64,000 nucleotides of DNA from an uncultured Acidobacteriota bacterium (lineage in GTDB: Bacteria; Acidobacteriota; Thermoanaerobaculia; Multivoradales; UBA5704). Below are positions 1 through 9,547 of the stretch, piece after piece. The DNA lies in the NCBI GenBank assembly GCA_963700145.1, contig OY969474.1, positions 5,024,001-5,088,000 on the forward strand, written 5' to 3'. Below the pieces are notes generated by a model, which did no database searches, was not told the origin of the DNA, and saw nothing but the letters and a program-made list of their open reading frames with translations. A program made the position numbers and the translations under genes. The stretch's first letter is position 1; every line of letters starts with the position of its first letter.

Positions 1-824
1 TGGCCGACCCGGAGCTGATCGCCCGCCTCTACCGCGAAGGGCGGGTGCCGCGCGCCGAGCTGCTGCCCGAGCGGCCGGTCGCCAACCAGTACTTCATCCT
101 GCGCGCCGACGGCAGCTCGGCGCTGGCCTGCTTCAACCCGCGCACCGACCAGGTCGAGCACGTCCCCAAGGCCGGCGCCTACGGTGTCATGCCGCGCAAC
201 GCCGAGCAGACCTTCGCCGTCCACGCGGTGCTCAACGCCGAGGTGCCGCTGGTGACGATCACCGGCGCCGCCGGCACCGGCAAGACGCTCCTGGCGCTGG
301 CCGGGGCGCTCGAGCAGCGGCGCCTCTTCCGCCAGGTCTACCTGGCGCGCCCGATCGTGCCGCTGGCCAACCGCGACATCGGCTTCCTGCCCGGGGACGT
401 GAAGTCGAAGATCGACCCCTACATGCAGCCGCTGTGGGACAACCTGGGGATCATCAAGAACCAGTACGGCGAGCGCGACCGCGAGTACAAGCGGCTGGAG
501 GAGATGGTCGAGCAGGAGAAGCTGCACATCGTGCCGCTGGCCTACATCCGCGGCCGCAGCTTCGCCAACGTCATCTTCATCGTCGACGAGGCGCAGAACC
601 TGACGCCGCACGAGGTCAAGACGATCATCACCCGCGCCGGCGAGAAGACTAAGATCGTCATGACCGGCGACATCTTCCAGATCGACACCCCGTATCTCGA
701 CGCCCAGTCCAACGGCCTCTCCTACCTGATCGACCGCCTCAAAGGCTCCCCCCTCTACGCCCACGTCAACCTCGACAAGGGGGAGCGCTCGGAGCTGGCG
801 AACCTGGCGAGCCTGCTGCTGTAA
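1..824 (+). CDS. PhoH-family ATPase (probably PIN-PhoH/PhoH2 type), 5'-truncated by the window edge
   Basis: Frame is open from position 3. Walker A GAAGTGKT, plus PhoH motifs IGFLPG, YIRGRS, IVDEAQN, GDIFQID and ERSELA. Confidence 0.9.
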   Translation, partial: ADPELIARLYREGRVPRAELLPERPVANQYFILRADGSSALACFNPRTDQVEHVPKAGAYGVMPRNAEQTFAVHAVLNAEVPLVTITGAAGTGKTLLALAGALEQRRLFRQVYLARPIVPLANRDIGFLPGDVKSKIDPYMQPLWDNLGIIKNQYGERDREYKRLEEMVEQEKLHIVPLAYIRGRSFANVIFIVDEAQNLTPHEVKTIITRAGEKTKIVMTGDIFQIDTPYLDAQSNGLSYLIDRLKGSPLYAHVNLDKGERSELANLASLLL

Positions 825-835
825 CGTCGGCACCC

Positions 836-1063
836 ATGCGCCGACTCCCGCGCCTCGCGGTCGCCGCTCTCCTGCCGGCGCTGGCCGCCGCCGGCGCCGT
901 TGCGGCCCAGGACGACCCCCACGCCGGCTGCGTCCTGCAATACCGGGGAGACGCCGCCGGAGCGGAGCGGGAGCTGGCGGAGGCCCGCCGCCTCTGGCGC
1001 GAAGCCGACCCCGATCTCGCGGAGCTGCGGCTGATGGAGGCGACCGCCGCGCCGGCGCCCTAG
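836..1063 (+). CDS. small exported protein, possibly an internally deleted remnant
   Basis: Signal-peptide-like N-terminus (MRRLPRLAVAALLPALAAAGAVAA) followed by a single TPR-like helix. Codon usage matches the host. Confidence 0.45.
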   Translation: MRRLPRLAVAALLPALAAAGAVAAQDDPHAGCVLQYRGDAAGAERELAEARRLWREADPDLAELRLMEATAAPAP

Positions 1064-1208
1064 CGCGGGAGTCCTCTCCGGAGGACGAAAAGCCGGTATC
1101 AGAGCTTGCTACCTCGGTCTCGAGCCTTGATACCTCCGTATCAGCCGCTGATACCCCTGGAGTTGCCCCGCTTTGGTGGACACCTCATCCTTCGGGAGAA
1201 AGGAGTCC

Positions 1209-1529
1209 ATGATGGGGAGTCACCGCGGCAAGCCCTACCCGGCGGAGTTTCGTCGGCGGATGGTTGAGTTGGTGCGGGCCGGGCGGACGGCCGAGGAGCT
1301 GAGTCGGGAGTTCGAGCCCTCGGCCGAGTCGATTCACGACTGGGCACGCCAAGCCGACCGGGACGAGGGCCGGCGCGACGACGGGCTGACGACGGCCGAG
1401 CGCGAGGAGCTGCGCCGGCTGCGGCGGGAGAATCGCCAGTTGCGTGAGGACCGGGAGATTCTGGCAAAAGCCGCGGCCTGGTTTGCTCGGGAGACCGAGT
1501 CGAGCCCACGGAAGGGTTCGGATTCGTGA
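1209..1529 (+). CDS. IS3 transposase OrfA (HTH + leucine zipper)
   Basis: RBS aaggag before ATG 1209; motifs YPAEFRRRMVELV and EELRRLRRENRQLREDREILAKAAAWF. AAAAG at 1466-1470 is a candidate -1 frameshift site, and the -1 frame is open into orfB. Confidence 0.92.
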   Translation: MMGSHRGKPYPAEFRRRMVELVRAGRTAEELSREFEPSAESIHDWARQADRDEGRRDDGLTTAEREELRRLRRENRQLREDREILAKAAAWFARETESSPRKGSDS

Positions 1530-2371
1530 GGGCGCACCAGGCCTGCTACAGGGTAGTGAGGATGTGCCGACTGCTGGGTGTCTCCTCCAGCGGGTATTAC
1601 GCCTGGTGTCGGCGTCAGGCCGGTGCGCGAGCCCGAGCCGACGCGGCGCTCGGCGCGCAGATCCGGGCGATCCACGCGCGGTCGTGGGGGACTTATGGGG
1701 CGCCCCGGATCCACGCCGAGCTGGCGGCGCAGGGCGTACGGGTGGGGCGCAAGCGTGTGGGGCGGCTGATGCGCGAGGCCGGGCTTGGGGGCGTCAGTCG
1801 GCGGAAGTGGCCCCGGACGACGGTGCGAGACGGCCAAGCCCGCCCGGCGCCGGATCTGGTCGGCCGTCACTTCACGGTCGACGCTCCGGATCGGCTCTGG
1901 GTGGCCGACATCACCTACATCCCGACCACGGCAGGGTTTCTGTACCTGGCCGTGGTCGTCGACGCCTGGAGTCGGCGCGTGGTGGGCTGGTCGATGGCGA
2001 CGCATCTGCAGACCGAGCTCGTGGTGGCGGCACTGGAGATGGCGCTTGGACAGCGGCGGCCGCAGGGCGTGATCCATCATTCCGACCAGGGGACGCAGTA
2101 CACCTCGTTGGCCTTCGGCCAGCGCTGCCGACGAGCCGGTGTGCGGCCGTCGATGGGGTCGGTCGGGGACTGCTACGACAACGCGCTGTGCGAGAGCTTC
2201 TTTGCCACGCTCGAGTGCGAGCTGCTCGACCGGCGGCGCTTCGGGACCCAGACCGAGGCCCGGATGGCGGTGTTCGAGTTCCTCGAGGGCTGGTACAACC
2301 CGCATCGCCGGCACTCGGCCCTGGGCTATCTCAGCCCGGCGGAATTCGAGCGCCGGCGACGGGCAGCCTGA
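1526..2371 (+). CDS. IS3 transposase OrfB (DDE integrase core)
   Basis: Motifs WVADITYI, HHSDQGTQY, DNALCESFF and YNPHRRHSALGYLSP. GTGA overlap with orfA. Confidence 0.95.
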   Translation: MRAHQACYRVVRMCRLLGVSSSGYYAWCRRQAGARARADAALGAQIRAIHARSWGTYGAPRIHAELAAQGVRVGRKRVGRLMREAGLGGVSRRKWPRTTVRDGQARPAPDLVGRHFTVDAPDRLWVADITYIPTTAGFLYLAVVVDAWSRRVVGWSMATHLQTELVVAALEMALGQRRPQGVIHHSDQGTQYTSLAFGQRCRRAGVRPSMGSVGDCYDNALCESFFATLECELLDRRRFGTQTEARMAVFEFLEGWYNPHRRHSALGYLSPAEFERRRRAA

Positions 2372-2574
2372 GATGCACGTCACTCCTGGCGTTTTCGTCG
2401 GATCGTGGGACGGGCAGCTGCCCGCCTCACGCAGGGGAGGAGACCCCAAACTTCAACTGTCCACCAAACCGGGGTAAGTCCAGTCCACCCCTGTATCAGC
2501 CGTCGATACCTCCGGATCGGGCGCTGCTACCGAGGTATCTGGCGCCGTTACCTAGGTATCGGGCGCCGCTCCCC

Positions 2575-4033
2575 GGGGTTGTCCCTCCCGCTGTTGAAAG
2601 AGCAATGAGGTGAAGGCGGCTCCTCGGCCCACCTGATCGAGAATCGGGTTGGTCGAATAACCGGCCCCGCCAGGGGGCCAAGGAGCCGTGATGAAGACGA
2701 GAGCAGAAAGGCGGGTGGTGTGGCAAGGGGGCCGTGCGGCGCGCATCAGCCACGGGCTACAAGCGCTGCTGCGGCCGATGGTCGAGGGCATCGAGGCCAG
2801 CCGCCAGGGGCTGCTGGAGCTGTTTCACGCCGCGGGCGTCGAGGCCCTGGGGCGGCAGCTCGCGGACGAGGTCGAGGCCGTCGTCGGTCCGAAGCGTCGG
2901 CGCAATCCGACCCGCGAGGCGTACCGCTGGGGCTCGACGGCGAGCGAGTTCGTGCTGGGTGGCCGCCAGGTGGCGCTGCCGCGACCGCGCGTCCGGCGAC
3001 GCGACGGTGGCGAGATGAGCTTGCCTTCGGTGCGCGCCTTTCAGGACGAAGATCCCTTCACGGAGCGGGTGATCGAGCAGGCGCTGGTCGGCGTCTCGTA
3101 GCGCCGCTACGGTCGGAGCTTGGAGCCGCTCGCAGAGTCGGTGCCGGAGCGCGCGACGAGCAAGAGTGCGGTCCAGCGCCGGCTGGTGGCGGGGACGCGT
3201 CGTCTGCTGGACGCGTGGCTGCGCCGAGACCTGTCGGACTTCCAGCCCCTGATCCTGATGATCGACGGGCTGGAGGTGGCCGGCCACACCCTGGTGGTGG
3301 CACTCGGCATCGCGCGCGACGGGACCAAGCGGGTGCTCGGCCTGCGTGAAGGCGCGACGGAGAACGCGGCGCTCTGTACCGGCCTGCTCCAGGAGCTGTT
3401 GGAGCGAGGCCTCGCGATGCCGCCGCGCTTCTTGGCGGTGCTCGACGGCGGCAAGGGGCTGCGCAAGGCCGTGCGCGCCGTCTTCGGGGACGCAACCCAC
3501 GTCCAGCGCTGCCAGCTCCACAAGCGCCGCAACGTCCGCGACCACCTGCCCAAGCAGCTCCAAGCCCGGGTCGACCGCCTGATGGTCGAGGCCTACCAGA
3601 GCGCTCGCTTCGACCTCGCCAAGCGTCGCCTCGAGCAGCTTGCCCGCTGGCTCGAGCACGCAGGCCACGCGGGCGCCGCGGGCAGCCTGCGCGAGGGCCT
3701 CGACGAGACCCTCACCGCCTTGCGGCTGAAGCTGCCCGACGCTCTGCGCCGGTTGCTCGCCTCGACCAACGCGATCGAGAACACGATCGGCTCGATCCGT
3801 ACGACGACGCGCAACGTCAAGCGCTGGCGCGGCGGCGACATGGTGCTGCGCTGGGTCGCCCTGGCGCTGTGTGACGCGGAGGCTGGCTTCCGGCGTGTCA
3901 AGGGACATCGGCACCTCGGGGCTCTCGAGCTCGCGCTCGCGGCGATCGAGGAACCGACGAACACCAAGGCCGTGGCATGATCAACCGAGCCGCTTTCCCT
4001 CTTTCGGCTTTCAACAGGGAACGGGGCATCCCC
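2575..4033 (+). mobile_element. IS256-family insertion sequence
   Basis: Long imperfect IRs: left ggggttgtccctcccgctgttgaaag...gcggctc; right gagccgc...ctttcaacagggaacggggcatcccc. No target duplication is visible. Confidence 0.88.
2688..3980 (+). pseudogene. IS256 (mutator-type) transposase interrupted by one in-frame TAG at 3099-3101
   Basis: ORFs 2688-3101 and 3120-3980 share a frame and read GVS*RRY across the stop. Motifs LMIDG, LDGGKGLRKAV, QRCQLHK and STNAIEN. Confidence 0.88.
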
Positions 4034-4182
4034 CAGAGGCGCCGCGCGTTCGATCAGGCGCGCGATATCCGGAGGGAGGTTCTCGAAGCTGGTCACCCTC
4101 TTTCATTGTACTTCGAGACTCCGCTGGGCTTGGTATTGAGGGAGCGGCCGCTGCCCGGCACTATGAACGCCTTCAGCCGAAG

Positions 4183-5862
4183 TCAGAACCTCTCACTCGT
4201 CGACACCAGCCACTGCACCCCCTCGATCGTGTCGTCGCCGTCGAGGGGGAAGGCGACGTCGAGGTGGATCATCGAGCCGCCGGAGGAGCGGCCGGAGCCG
4301 ATGCGCAGGCCGATGCCGACGTCGCGCAGCACCTCGGGGTCGTCGAGGGAGCTGCGGAACCAGGCGCTGCCGGCGTCGAAGAAGATCGCGGCGCCGAGGT
4401 GGAAGAGGCGGAAGAGCTCGCGCTGGCTGAAGAAGCGCTGCTCGACTGTCGCCAGCAGCCGCCGGTCGCCGCGCAGGAAGCGGAGCGGGTAGCCGCGCAG
4501 GCCGCTGTCGCCGCCGAGCAGGAGCTGGCGCTCGACGTCGAGGTCCTGCGCGTAGTCGGCCTCGAGCCCGAAGTAGAAGACCTGGTCCCCCCAGTGCCGC
4601 AGGTAATAGCGGGCGCGCCCGGAGAGCAGGAGGTTCTCGGCCGCGTCGCGGTAGCGGCCGCCGCCGCGCAGCGACGTGAGGAGAAGCTGGCGCGGCCCGG
4701 GGCGCCAGCCGGCGTCCGCCGAGGCGATCATCATCAGCCGCTCTTGGTCGGCCCCGAGGTCGGGGGAGGACCAGCCGAGGCGCACGCGGAGCTGGGTGCC
4801 GAGGTTGAGGTCCTCGGTGCGGCGGATCTGGTCGAGGTTGCGCTCGGTGACGAAGCCGTCCTCGACGTACTCGTAGCCCAGCCAGGGCCAGCGCAGGTCG
4901 CGGTTCGGCGGCACCAGCGACGTCGAGTCGCCGCCGGGCTGGAAGTCGAAGCGGTCGCGCTCGACGTCGACGCCGAGGAGGAAGCGGTGCGCCCGGCCCT
5001 CCGCCCGGCCGCGCGAGAGGCCGCCGTAGAGCTGCGCGAAGTCGTGGTGGTGGCGGAAGCGCTCGAAGACGAGGCCGCGGTCGTAGAGGGGATCGAGCCG
5101 CTCGTAGGACCAGAGCTTGATCCCCAGCGACCACCGGGTGTCGAGCGAGAACCAGGGGCGCTCGAGCTCGAAGCGTTGGGCGTCGCCGTCGCTGTTCTCG
5201 GCCACCGACAGGTGCAGCTCGCCGCGCTTGCCGAAGAGGTTGGGGTCGCGGTAGCGGAAGAGGGTCGAGTCGCGATCGACGTCGCTGCTGCGCCAGACCG
5301 TCACGTCCTTGCCGGTGCCCAGGAAGTTGGCGTCCTGCAGGCTGAAGTTGGTGCTGTTCTCGCCGCCGGCGCGGTTGACGGAGACGCCGCCGCGCAGGGT
5401 CCAGACGTCGCGCGTCACCACCTCCAGGTCCACCCGCTCGGGGGTCTGCCGCACGGCGTTGATCTCGGCGTCGTAGAGGTAGCGGTTGGCGCGCAGCAGG
5501 CGCTCGGACTCCTCGATCGTGGCCTCCTCGTAGGGGTCGCCCGGCGCGAAGAGGAGCTGGCGGCGGATGACCTGCGGGCGGGTCGTGCGGTGCAGGCGGT
5601 CGGCGAGGCGGAAGGCGAGCTTGTCCTCCCCCTGGCGGTCGGGGTTGAAGATCCCCTGGGTGACGATCCGCACCTCGCCGATGACCGGGCGCCCCGGCTC
5701 CTCCGCGGCGCCGGGGCTCTGCTGCTCCGGCCGCGCGGCGGCCGTGAGGTCGGGCAGGTAGCGGGGCGACCAGGCCTGGGCCGGGCGAGGCAGCGCGACA
5801 GCCGCGGCGAGGGCGAGGAGCGCACCGCAGCGGTGGACGGCGCGAAGGCGGAAAGGGATCAC
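4183..5862 (-). CDS. Omp85/BamA-TamA family outer-membrane protein with POTRA domain
   Basis: Signal peptide; POTRA-like segment (TTRPQVIRRQLLF...ESERLLR); LRGY loop-6 motif; DVGIGLR; C-terminal Phe. The GTG start at 5862 is uncertain. Confidence 0.82.
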   Translation of the reverse strand: MIPFRLRAVHRCGALLALAAAVALPRPAQAWSPRYLPDLTAAARPEQQSPGAAEEPGRPVIGEVRIVTQGIFNPDRQGEDKLAFRLADRLHRTTRPQVIRRQLLFAPGDPYEEATIEESERLLRANRYLYDAEINAVRQTPERVDLEVVTRDVWTLRGGVSVNRAGGENSTNFSLQDANFLGTGKDVTVWRSSDVDRDSTLFRYRDPNLFGKRGELHLSVAENSDGDAQRFELERPWFSLDTRWSLGIKLWSYERLDPLYDRGLVFERFRHHHDFAQLYGGLSRGRAEGRAHRFLLGVDVERDRFDFQPGGDSTSLVPPNRDLRWPWLGYEYVEDGFVTERNLDQIRRTEDLNLGTQLRVRLGWSSPDLGADQERLMMIASADAGWRPGPRQLLLTSLRGGGRYRDAAENLLLSGRARYYLRHWGDQVFYFGLEADYAQDLDVERQLLLGGDSGLRGYPLRFLRGDRRLLATVEQRFFSQRELFRLFHLGAAIFFDAGSAWFRSSLDDPEVLRDVGIGLRIGSGRSSGGSMIHLDVAFPLDGDDTIEGVQWLVSTSERF

Positions 5863-5921
5863 GTCGAGACCGGCGGACAGGGCGAGAGGACCGGCCGGGA
5901 TTGTACTACGGCCCGCGGCCG

Positions 5922-7106
5922 TCACCCTTCGCGCGGCCACCGGCGCTGCAGCGCGAGCGTGGCCGCGAAGTGCGCCTCGACCTCGGCCATCGAGTCGCCG
6001 CCGAGCTTCTCGAGCAGGGCGTCGGCCAGGACCAGCGCCACCATCGCCTCTGCGATGACCCCGGCGGCGGGCAGCGCCGTGACGTCGCTCCTCTCGTACT
6101 GCGAGGCGTGCGGCTCGAGAGTGTCGAGGTCGACGCTCGGCAGCCCCTTGCGCAGGGTGGAGATCGGCTTCTTATAGGCGGTCACCACGACGTCCTCGCC
6201 GTTGGTCACCCCGCCTTCGAGCCCGCCAGCGCGGTTCGTCGGGCGGCGCCAGCCTTGCTCGTCGCGCTCGATCGCGTCGTGCGCCGCGCTGCCGAAGCCG
6301 CGGCTGGCGGCGACAGCGGCGCCGATCTCGACCGCCTTGACCGCCGGCACCGACATCACCGCCTGCGCGAGACGTCCGTCGAGCTTCTCGTTCCAGGCGA
6401 CGTGCGAGCCGAGCCCGGCGGGCACGCCGTGCGCGACGACCGTCACTGACCCGCCGAGCGTCTCCCCCTCGTCGCGCGCTTGCTCGACGAGGCGCACCAT
6501 CTCGGGCTCCAGGCCGCGGTCGATGGCGCGCAGCGGCGACTCGTCGTCGACTTGCAGGAGCTCTTCCCAGGACGGCACCGGCCGGTCGGTGCCGAGCGGC
6601 CCGAGCGAGCGCACGCCGCTGCGTATTTCCACGCCGACGGCGGCGAGGAGCATCTTGGCGAAGGCGCCGGCGGCGACGCGCGCCGCCGACTCGCGCGCCG
6701 AGGCCCGCTCCAGCACGTCGCGCAGGTCGCGGCGCAGGTACTTGAGGCCGCCGGCCAAGTCGGCGTGCCCGGGCCGCGGCGCCTTGAGCCGCCGCAGCTC
6801 GGCGGCGCGCGGCTCCAGCTCCAGCGGGTCCATGACACCGCGCCAATTGGCGTAGTCGCGGTTCTCGATCCAGAGGACGACGGGGGAGCCGAGGGTCTCG
6901 CCGCCGCGCACGCCGCCGCGGATCTCCGCCCGGTCGTGCTCGATCTGCATCCGCCGGCCGCGCCCGAAGCCGTGCTGGCGGCGCGCCATCTCGCGCTCCA
7001 GGAGCGCCAGGTCCACGCGCAGGCCGGCGGGCAGGCCGCTCAAGATCGCGGTGAGCCCGGGGCCGTGGCTCTCCCCGCCCGTGGTCAGGCCGAGGCGGCG
7101 CAGCAT
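5922..7106 (-). CDS. aroC: chorismate synthase
   Basis: Motifs TGGESHG, PRPGHAD, ERASARE, NRAGGLEGG and ERSDV. Start placed at MLRRL. Confidence 0.97.
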   Translation of the reverse strand: MLRRLGLTTGGESHGPGLTAILSGLPAGLRVDLALLEREMARRQHGFGRGRRMQIEHDRAEIRGGVRGGETLGSPVVLWIENRDYANWRGVMDPLELEPRAAELRRLKAPRPGHADLAGGLKYLRRDLRDVLERASARESAARVAAGAFAKMLLAAVGVEIRSGVRSLGPLGTDRPVPSWEELLQVDDESPLRAIDRGLEPEMVRLVEQARDEGETLGGSVTVVAHGVPAGLGSHVAWNEKLDGRLAQAVMSVPAVKAVEIGAAVAASRGFGSAAHDAIERDEQGWRRPTNRAGGLEGGVTNGEDVVVTAYKKPISTLRKGLPSVDLDTLEPHASQYERSDVTALPAAGVIAEAMVALVLADALLEKLGGDSMAEVEAHFAATLALQRRWPREG

Positions 7107-7119
7107 GGGGACGAGCGTA

Positions 7120-8592
7120 TCAGCGGGTGAAGTCGAGGAAGCCGCGCTCGGGGTCGGCGGCGGCGAGCCGCACCTCGACGCGGTCGCCGACGTCAAGCCC
7201 GGCGGCGCCGTGCGCCAGCTTCCCCTCGACCGGCGGCTCGACGATGCGCACGTAGGTGCCGTGCGGCGTGACGCCGGTCACCACGGCCGCGAACGTCTCG
7301 CCGATGCGCGGCGCGAGGTAGAGCGCCGCCGCCGCTTTCGCGACCTGCCGCTCGACGCGCCGGCCCTGGTCCTCGCGCTCGGTGCAGCGACGGGCGAGGT
7401 CGAGCAGCTCGTCGTCCGTGTAGGGGCAGCAGCGGCCGGCGAGCGCCGCCTGCAGGACGCGCTGCGTCACGAGGTCGGGGAGGCGGCGGTTGGGGGCGGT
7501 CGAGTGGGTATAGGCGGGGACGGCGAGGCCGAAGTGGCCGGGGGCGTCCTTCCCCGGCAGGTCCACCGCGTACTCGCCGCCGCCCAGGAGCTTGCGCACC
7601 GCCAGGCAGACCTCGACGTAGCCGTCGCGGTCGGCGGCGCGGCGGCGGGCGAGGAACTCGGCGAGTGCGCGGGCGTCCGGCGCCTCCGGCAGCCGGTCGC
7701 CCGCCGCGGCCGCCAGCGCGACGAGGCGGTCCCAGCGCGCCGGGGCGCGGACGACGCGGCGCAGCGCCGGCAGGCCGCGGGCGTCGAGGAAGGCGGCGGT
7801 GGAGCTGTTGGCGGCGATCATGACGTCCTCGATCAGCTTCTGCGCCCGGTTGGTGCGCTCGACGGCGAGGCCGACGATCGTGCCGCCGGCGAACACCGGC
7901 CGCGCCGTCGAGTCTTCGAGGTCGAGCGCGCCGCGCTCGTGGCGCCGGCGGCGGAGGCGGCGCGCCACCTCGTCCTGGAGGCGGACCTGCGCGTCGAGCC
8001 CGGGCACGCTGGCGAGCGCCGGCGGCGGCCCGGCGGCGCCGTCGAGCCAGGCGGCGACGTCGGGGTAGGCGAGCTTGGCGCGCGAGCGGACGCGGGCGCG
8101 CACGAAATCGACACCGTCGATACCGCCCTCGCCGTCCACCGTCATCGCGACGACGACCGCCAGCCGCTCCTCGCCGGCGACCAGCGAGGTCAGCTCGGTC
8201 GAGAGGCGCGGGGGGAGCATGTGGAAGGTCTTGCCGGCGGTGTAGACCGAGGTGGTGTTGCGGCCGGCGTGGGCGTCGATCGCGCCGCCCTGGGCGACGC
8301 GCGAGGCGACGTCCGCCACCGCCACCGAGAGCCGGACGGCGCCGCCGTCGCCCCCGAGCGGCTCGGCGACGGTGAGCTGGTCGAGGTCGCGGCTGTCGGC
8401 GTTGTCGATCGAGAACCAGGGCAGGTGCGTGAGGTCGCCGACCGCCGCCTCCCCCTCCCGCGGCGCCGGCGGCGCCACCGGCAGCCGCGCCGCCTCCGAC
8501 TGCACCGGGGGTGGGAACCCGGTCGCCATTTCCCGCTCTTCCATCGCCCGCTGCGCGAGGGAGCGGAGGATTTTCCGGTGGCTCGGGGGCAT
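7120..8592 (-). CDS. RNB-domain exoribonuclease (RNase II/R family)
   Basis: SIDNADSRDLDQ catalytic-Asp region, TTSVY, IEDVMIAAN, HFGLAVPAYTHSTAPNRRLPD, and a C-terminal S1-like domain. Confidence 0.92.
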   Translation of the reverse strand: MPPSHRKILRSLAQRAMEEREMATGFPPPVQSEAARLPVAPPAPREGEAAVGDLTHLPWFSIDNADSRDLDQLTVAEPLGGDGGAVRLSVAVADVASRVAQGGAIDAHAGRNTTSVYTAGKTFHMLPPRLSTELTSLVAGEERLAVVVAMTVDGEGGIDGVDFVRARVRSRAKLAYPDVAAWLDGAAGPPPALASVPGLDAQVRLQDEVARRLRRRRHERGALDLEDSTARPVFAGGTIVGLAVERTNRAQKLIEDVMIAANSSTAAFLDARGLPALRRVVRAPARWDRLVALAAAAGDRLPEAPDARALAEFLARRRAADRDGYVEVCLAVRKLLGGGEYAVDLPGKDAPGHFGLAVPAYTHSTAPNRRLPDLVTQRVLQAALAGRCCPYTDDELLDLARRCTEREDQGRRVERQVAKAAAALYLAPRIGETFAAVVTGVTPHGTYVRIVEPPVEGKLAHGAAGLDVGDRVEVRLAAADPERGFLDFTR

Positions 8593-8603
8593 CGCGCGCG
8601 GCC

Positions 8604-8999
8604 TCAGACCTGGCGGCAGTGCGCCGTCAGCCAGCCGGCGAGCTCGGCTTCCGAGAGGCTTCCGCTCGCCAGCTCGGTCATCGTGCGGAACGTCTCCTGC
8701 TTAGGCGCGGCGAGCCGCAGGCCGTGCAGCTCGAGGAAGGTGAGCGCGGCGGCGAGGGCGATCCGCTTGTTGCCGTCGACGAAGCAGTGGTTGCGCGCCA
8801 GCCCGTAGGCGTAGCTCGCGGCGAGCTCGCAGAGGGTCGGCTCGCGCTCGCCGTAGGCGGCGAGGTTCTGCGGCCGGGCCAGCGTGGAGCGCAGGAGCCC
8901 GAGGTCACTCACCCCTTCCGCTCCGCCGTGCTCGGCGATCAACAGCCGATGGATGGCGAGGACCGTCTCCTCGAGGAGCCATTCCGGCTCCGGCGTCAC
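8604..8999 (-). CDS. doc: Doc/Fic family type II toxin (death-on-curing)
   Basis: Doc motif NHCFVDGNKR. GTGA-coupled to the upstream antitoxin. Confidence 0.93.
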   Translation of the reverse strand: MTPEPEWLLEETVLAIHRLLIAEHGGAEGVSDLGLLRSTLARPQNLAAYGEREPTLCELAASYAYGLARNHCFVDGNKRIALAAALTFLELHGLRLAAPKQETFRTMTELASGSLSEAELAGWLTAHCRQV

Positions 9000-9220
9000 C
9001 GCGCCAGCTCACGCAGCACGTCCCGCTGGTCCTTGAGCACCCGCTCGGCCGCCCGGACCTGCCGGACGAAGGCCTCGTCGTACGGCGTGAGGGAGTAGCC
9101 GTCCGGGGTCTCCACCAAGTAAAGCACGTCCCCCTTCTGCACCTTGAGCCGCGCCATGACCTCCTTCGGCAGCACGACGCCCGCGGAGTTCCCGACCGTG
9201 GTGATCTTGAGCTCGACCAT
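8996..9220 (-). CDS. AbrB/MazE-family antitoxin
   Basis: KITTVGNSAGVVLPKE swapped-hairpin motif; 74 aa; lies upstream of doc. Confidence 0.92.
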   Translation of the reverse strand: MVELKITTVGNSAGVVLPKEVMARLKVQKGDVLYLVETPDGYSLTPYDEAFVRQVRAAERVLKDQRDVLRELAR

Positions 9221-9241
9221 GGGGTTCTCTCCCTCGGGCCG

Positions 9242-9263
9242 GATTATAACAATCGTTAGAATC
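9242..9263 (-). promoter_or_regulatory. promoter/operator of the abrB-doc operon
   Basis: Perfect TATAAT on the minus strand (9243-9248), embedded in the imperfect palindrome gattataacaatcgttagaatc. Confidence 0.7.
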
Positions 9264-9547
9264 GTGACGCGACCGAACCGGGGCAGGAAGCTTCCTCGCC
9301 AGCTCGGGAACCTTCCGTTCCACCCCCGGAGGCTTCCGCACCCCGCCAGGAAGCTTCCCGTTTGCCTCCGGAGGCTTCCGCATCCCGTCGGGAAGCTTCC
9401 GCTCCGCCTCCGGAAGCTTCCGGACCTCGCGGGGAAGCTTCCGTCCGCCTCCGGAAGCTTCCGCTTTACGTCCGGAAGCTTCCCCTTTGCCTCCGGTGGA
9501 GTTGCCCCGCTTTGGTGGACACCTCATCCTTCGGGAGAAAGGAGTCC

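Larger units (their letters stand above)
1158..2482 (+). mobile_element. IS3-family insertion sequence, copy 1 (1325 bp)
   Basis: Terminal IRs tggagttgccccgctttggtggaca / tgtccaccaaaccggggtaagtcca with TG...CA ends; orfA + orfB. Flanked by cccc (1154-1157) and cccc (2488-2491), with an extra gtcca between the right end and the second cccc. Confidence 0.97.
1087..2574. repeat. 21-bp-period palindromic tandem array 1 (core GATACCnnGGTATC), split by IS3 copy 1 and ended by IS256
   Basis: Units start at 1087 (partial), 1108, 1129, 1150 (split by the IS), 2505, 2526, 2547 and 2568 (cut). Examples: gatacctccgtatcagccgct, gctaccgaggtatctggcgcc, gttacctaggtatcgggcgcc. Confidence 0.85.

Noticed and set aside
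3099-3101. Amber recoding or pyrrolysine in the IS256 transposase
   Set aside because: TAG is a normal stop in conserved genes here (rpmA, pepF, typA) and no pyl genes are seen; a nonsense mutation is the simpler explanation.
4081-4118. Inverted repeat tctcgaag...cttcgaga in the AT-richer spacer after IS256
   Set aside because: Only 8 bp with a 22-nt loop and no U-tract; too weak to call as a terminator or element end.
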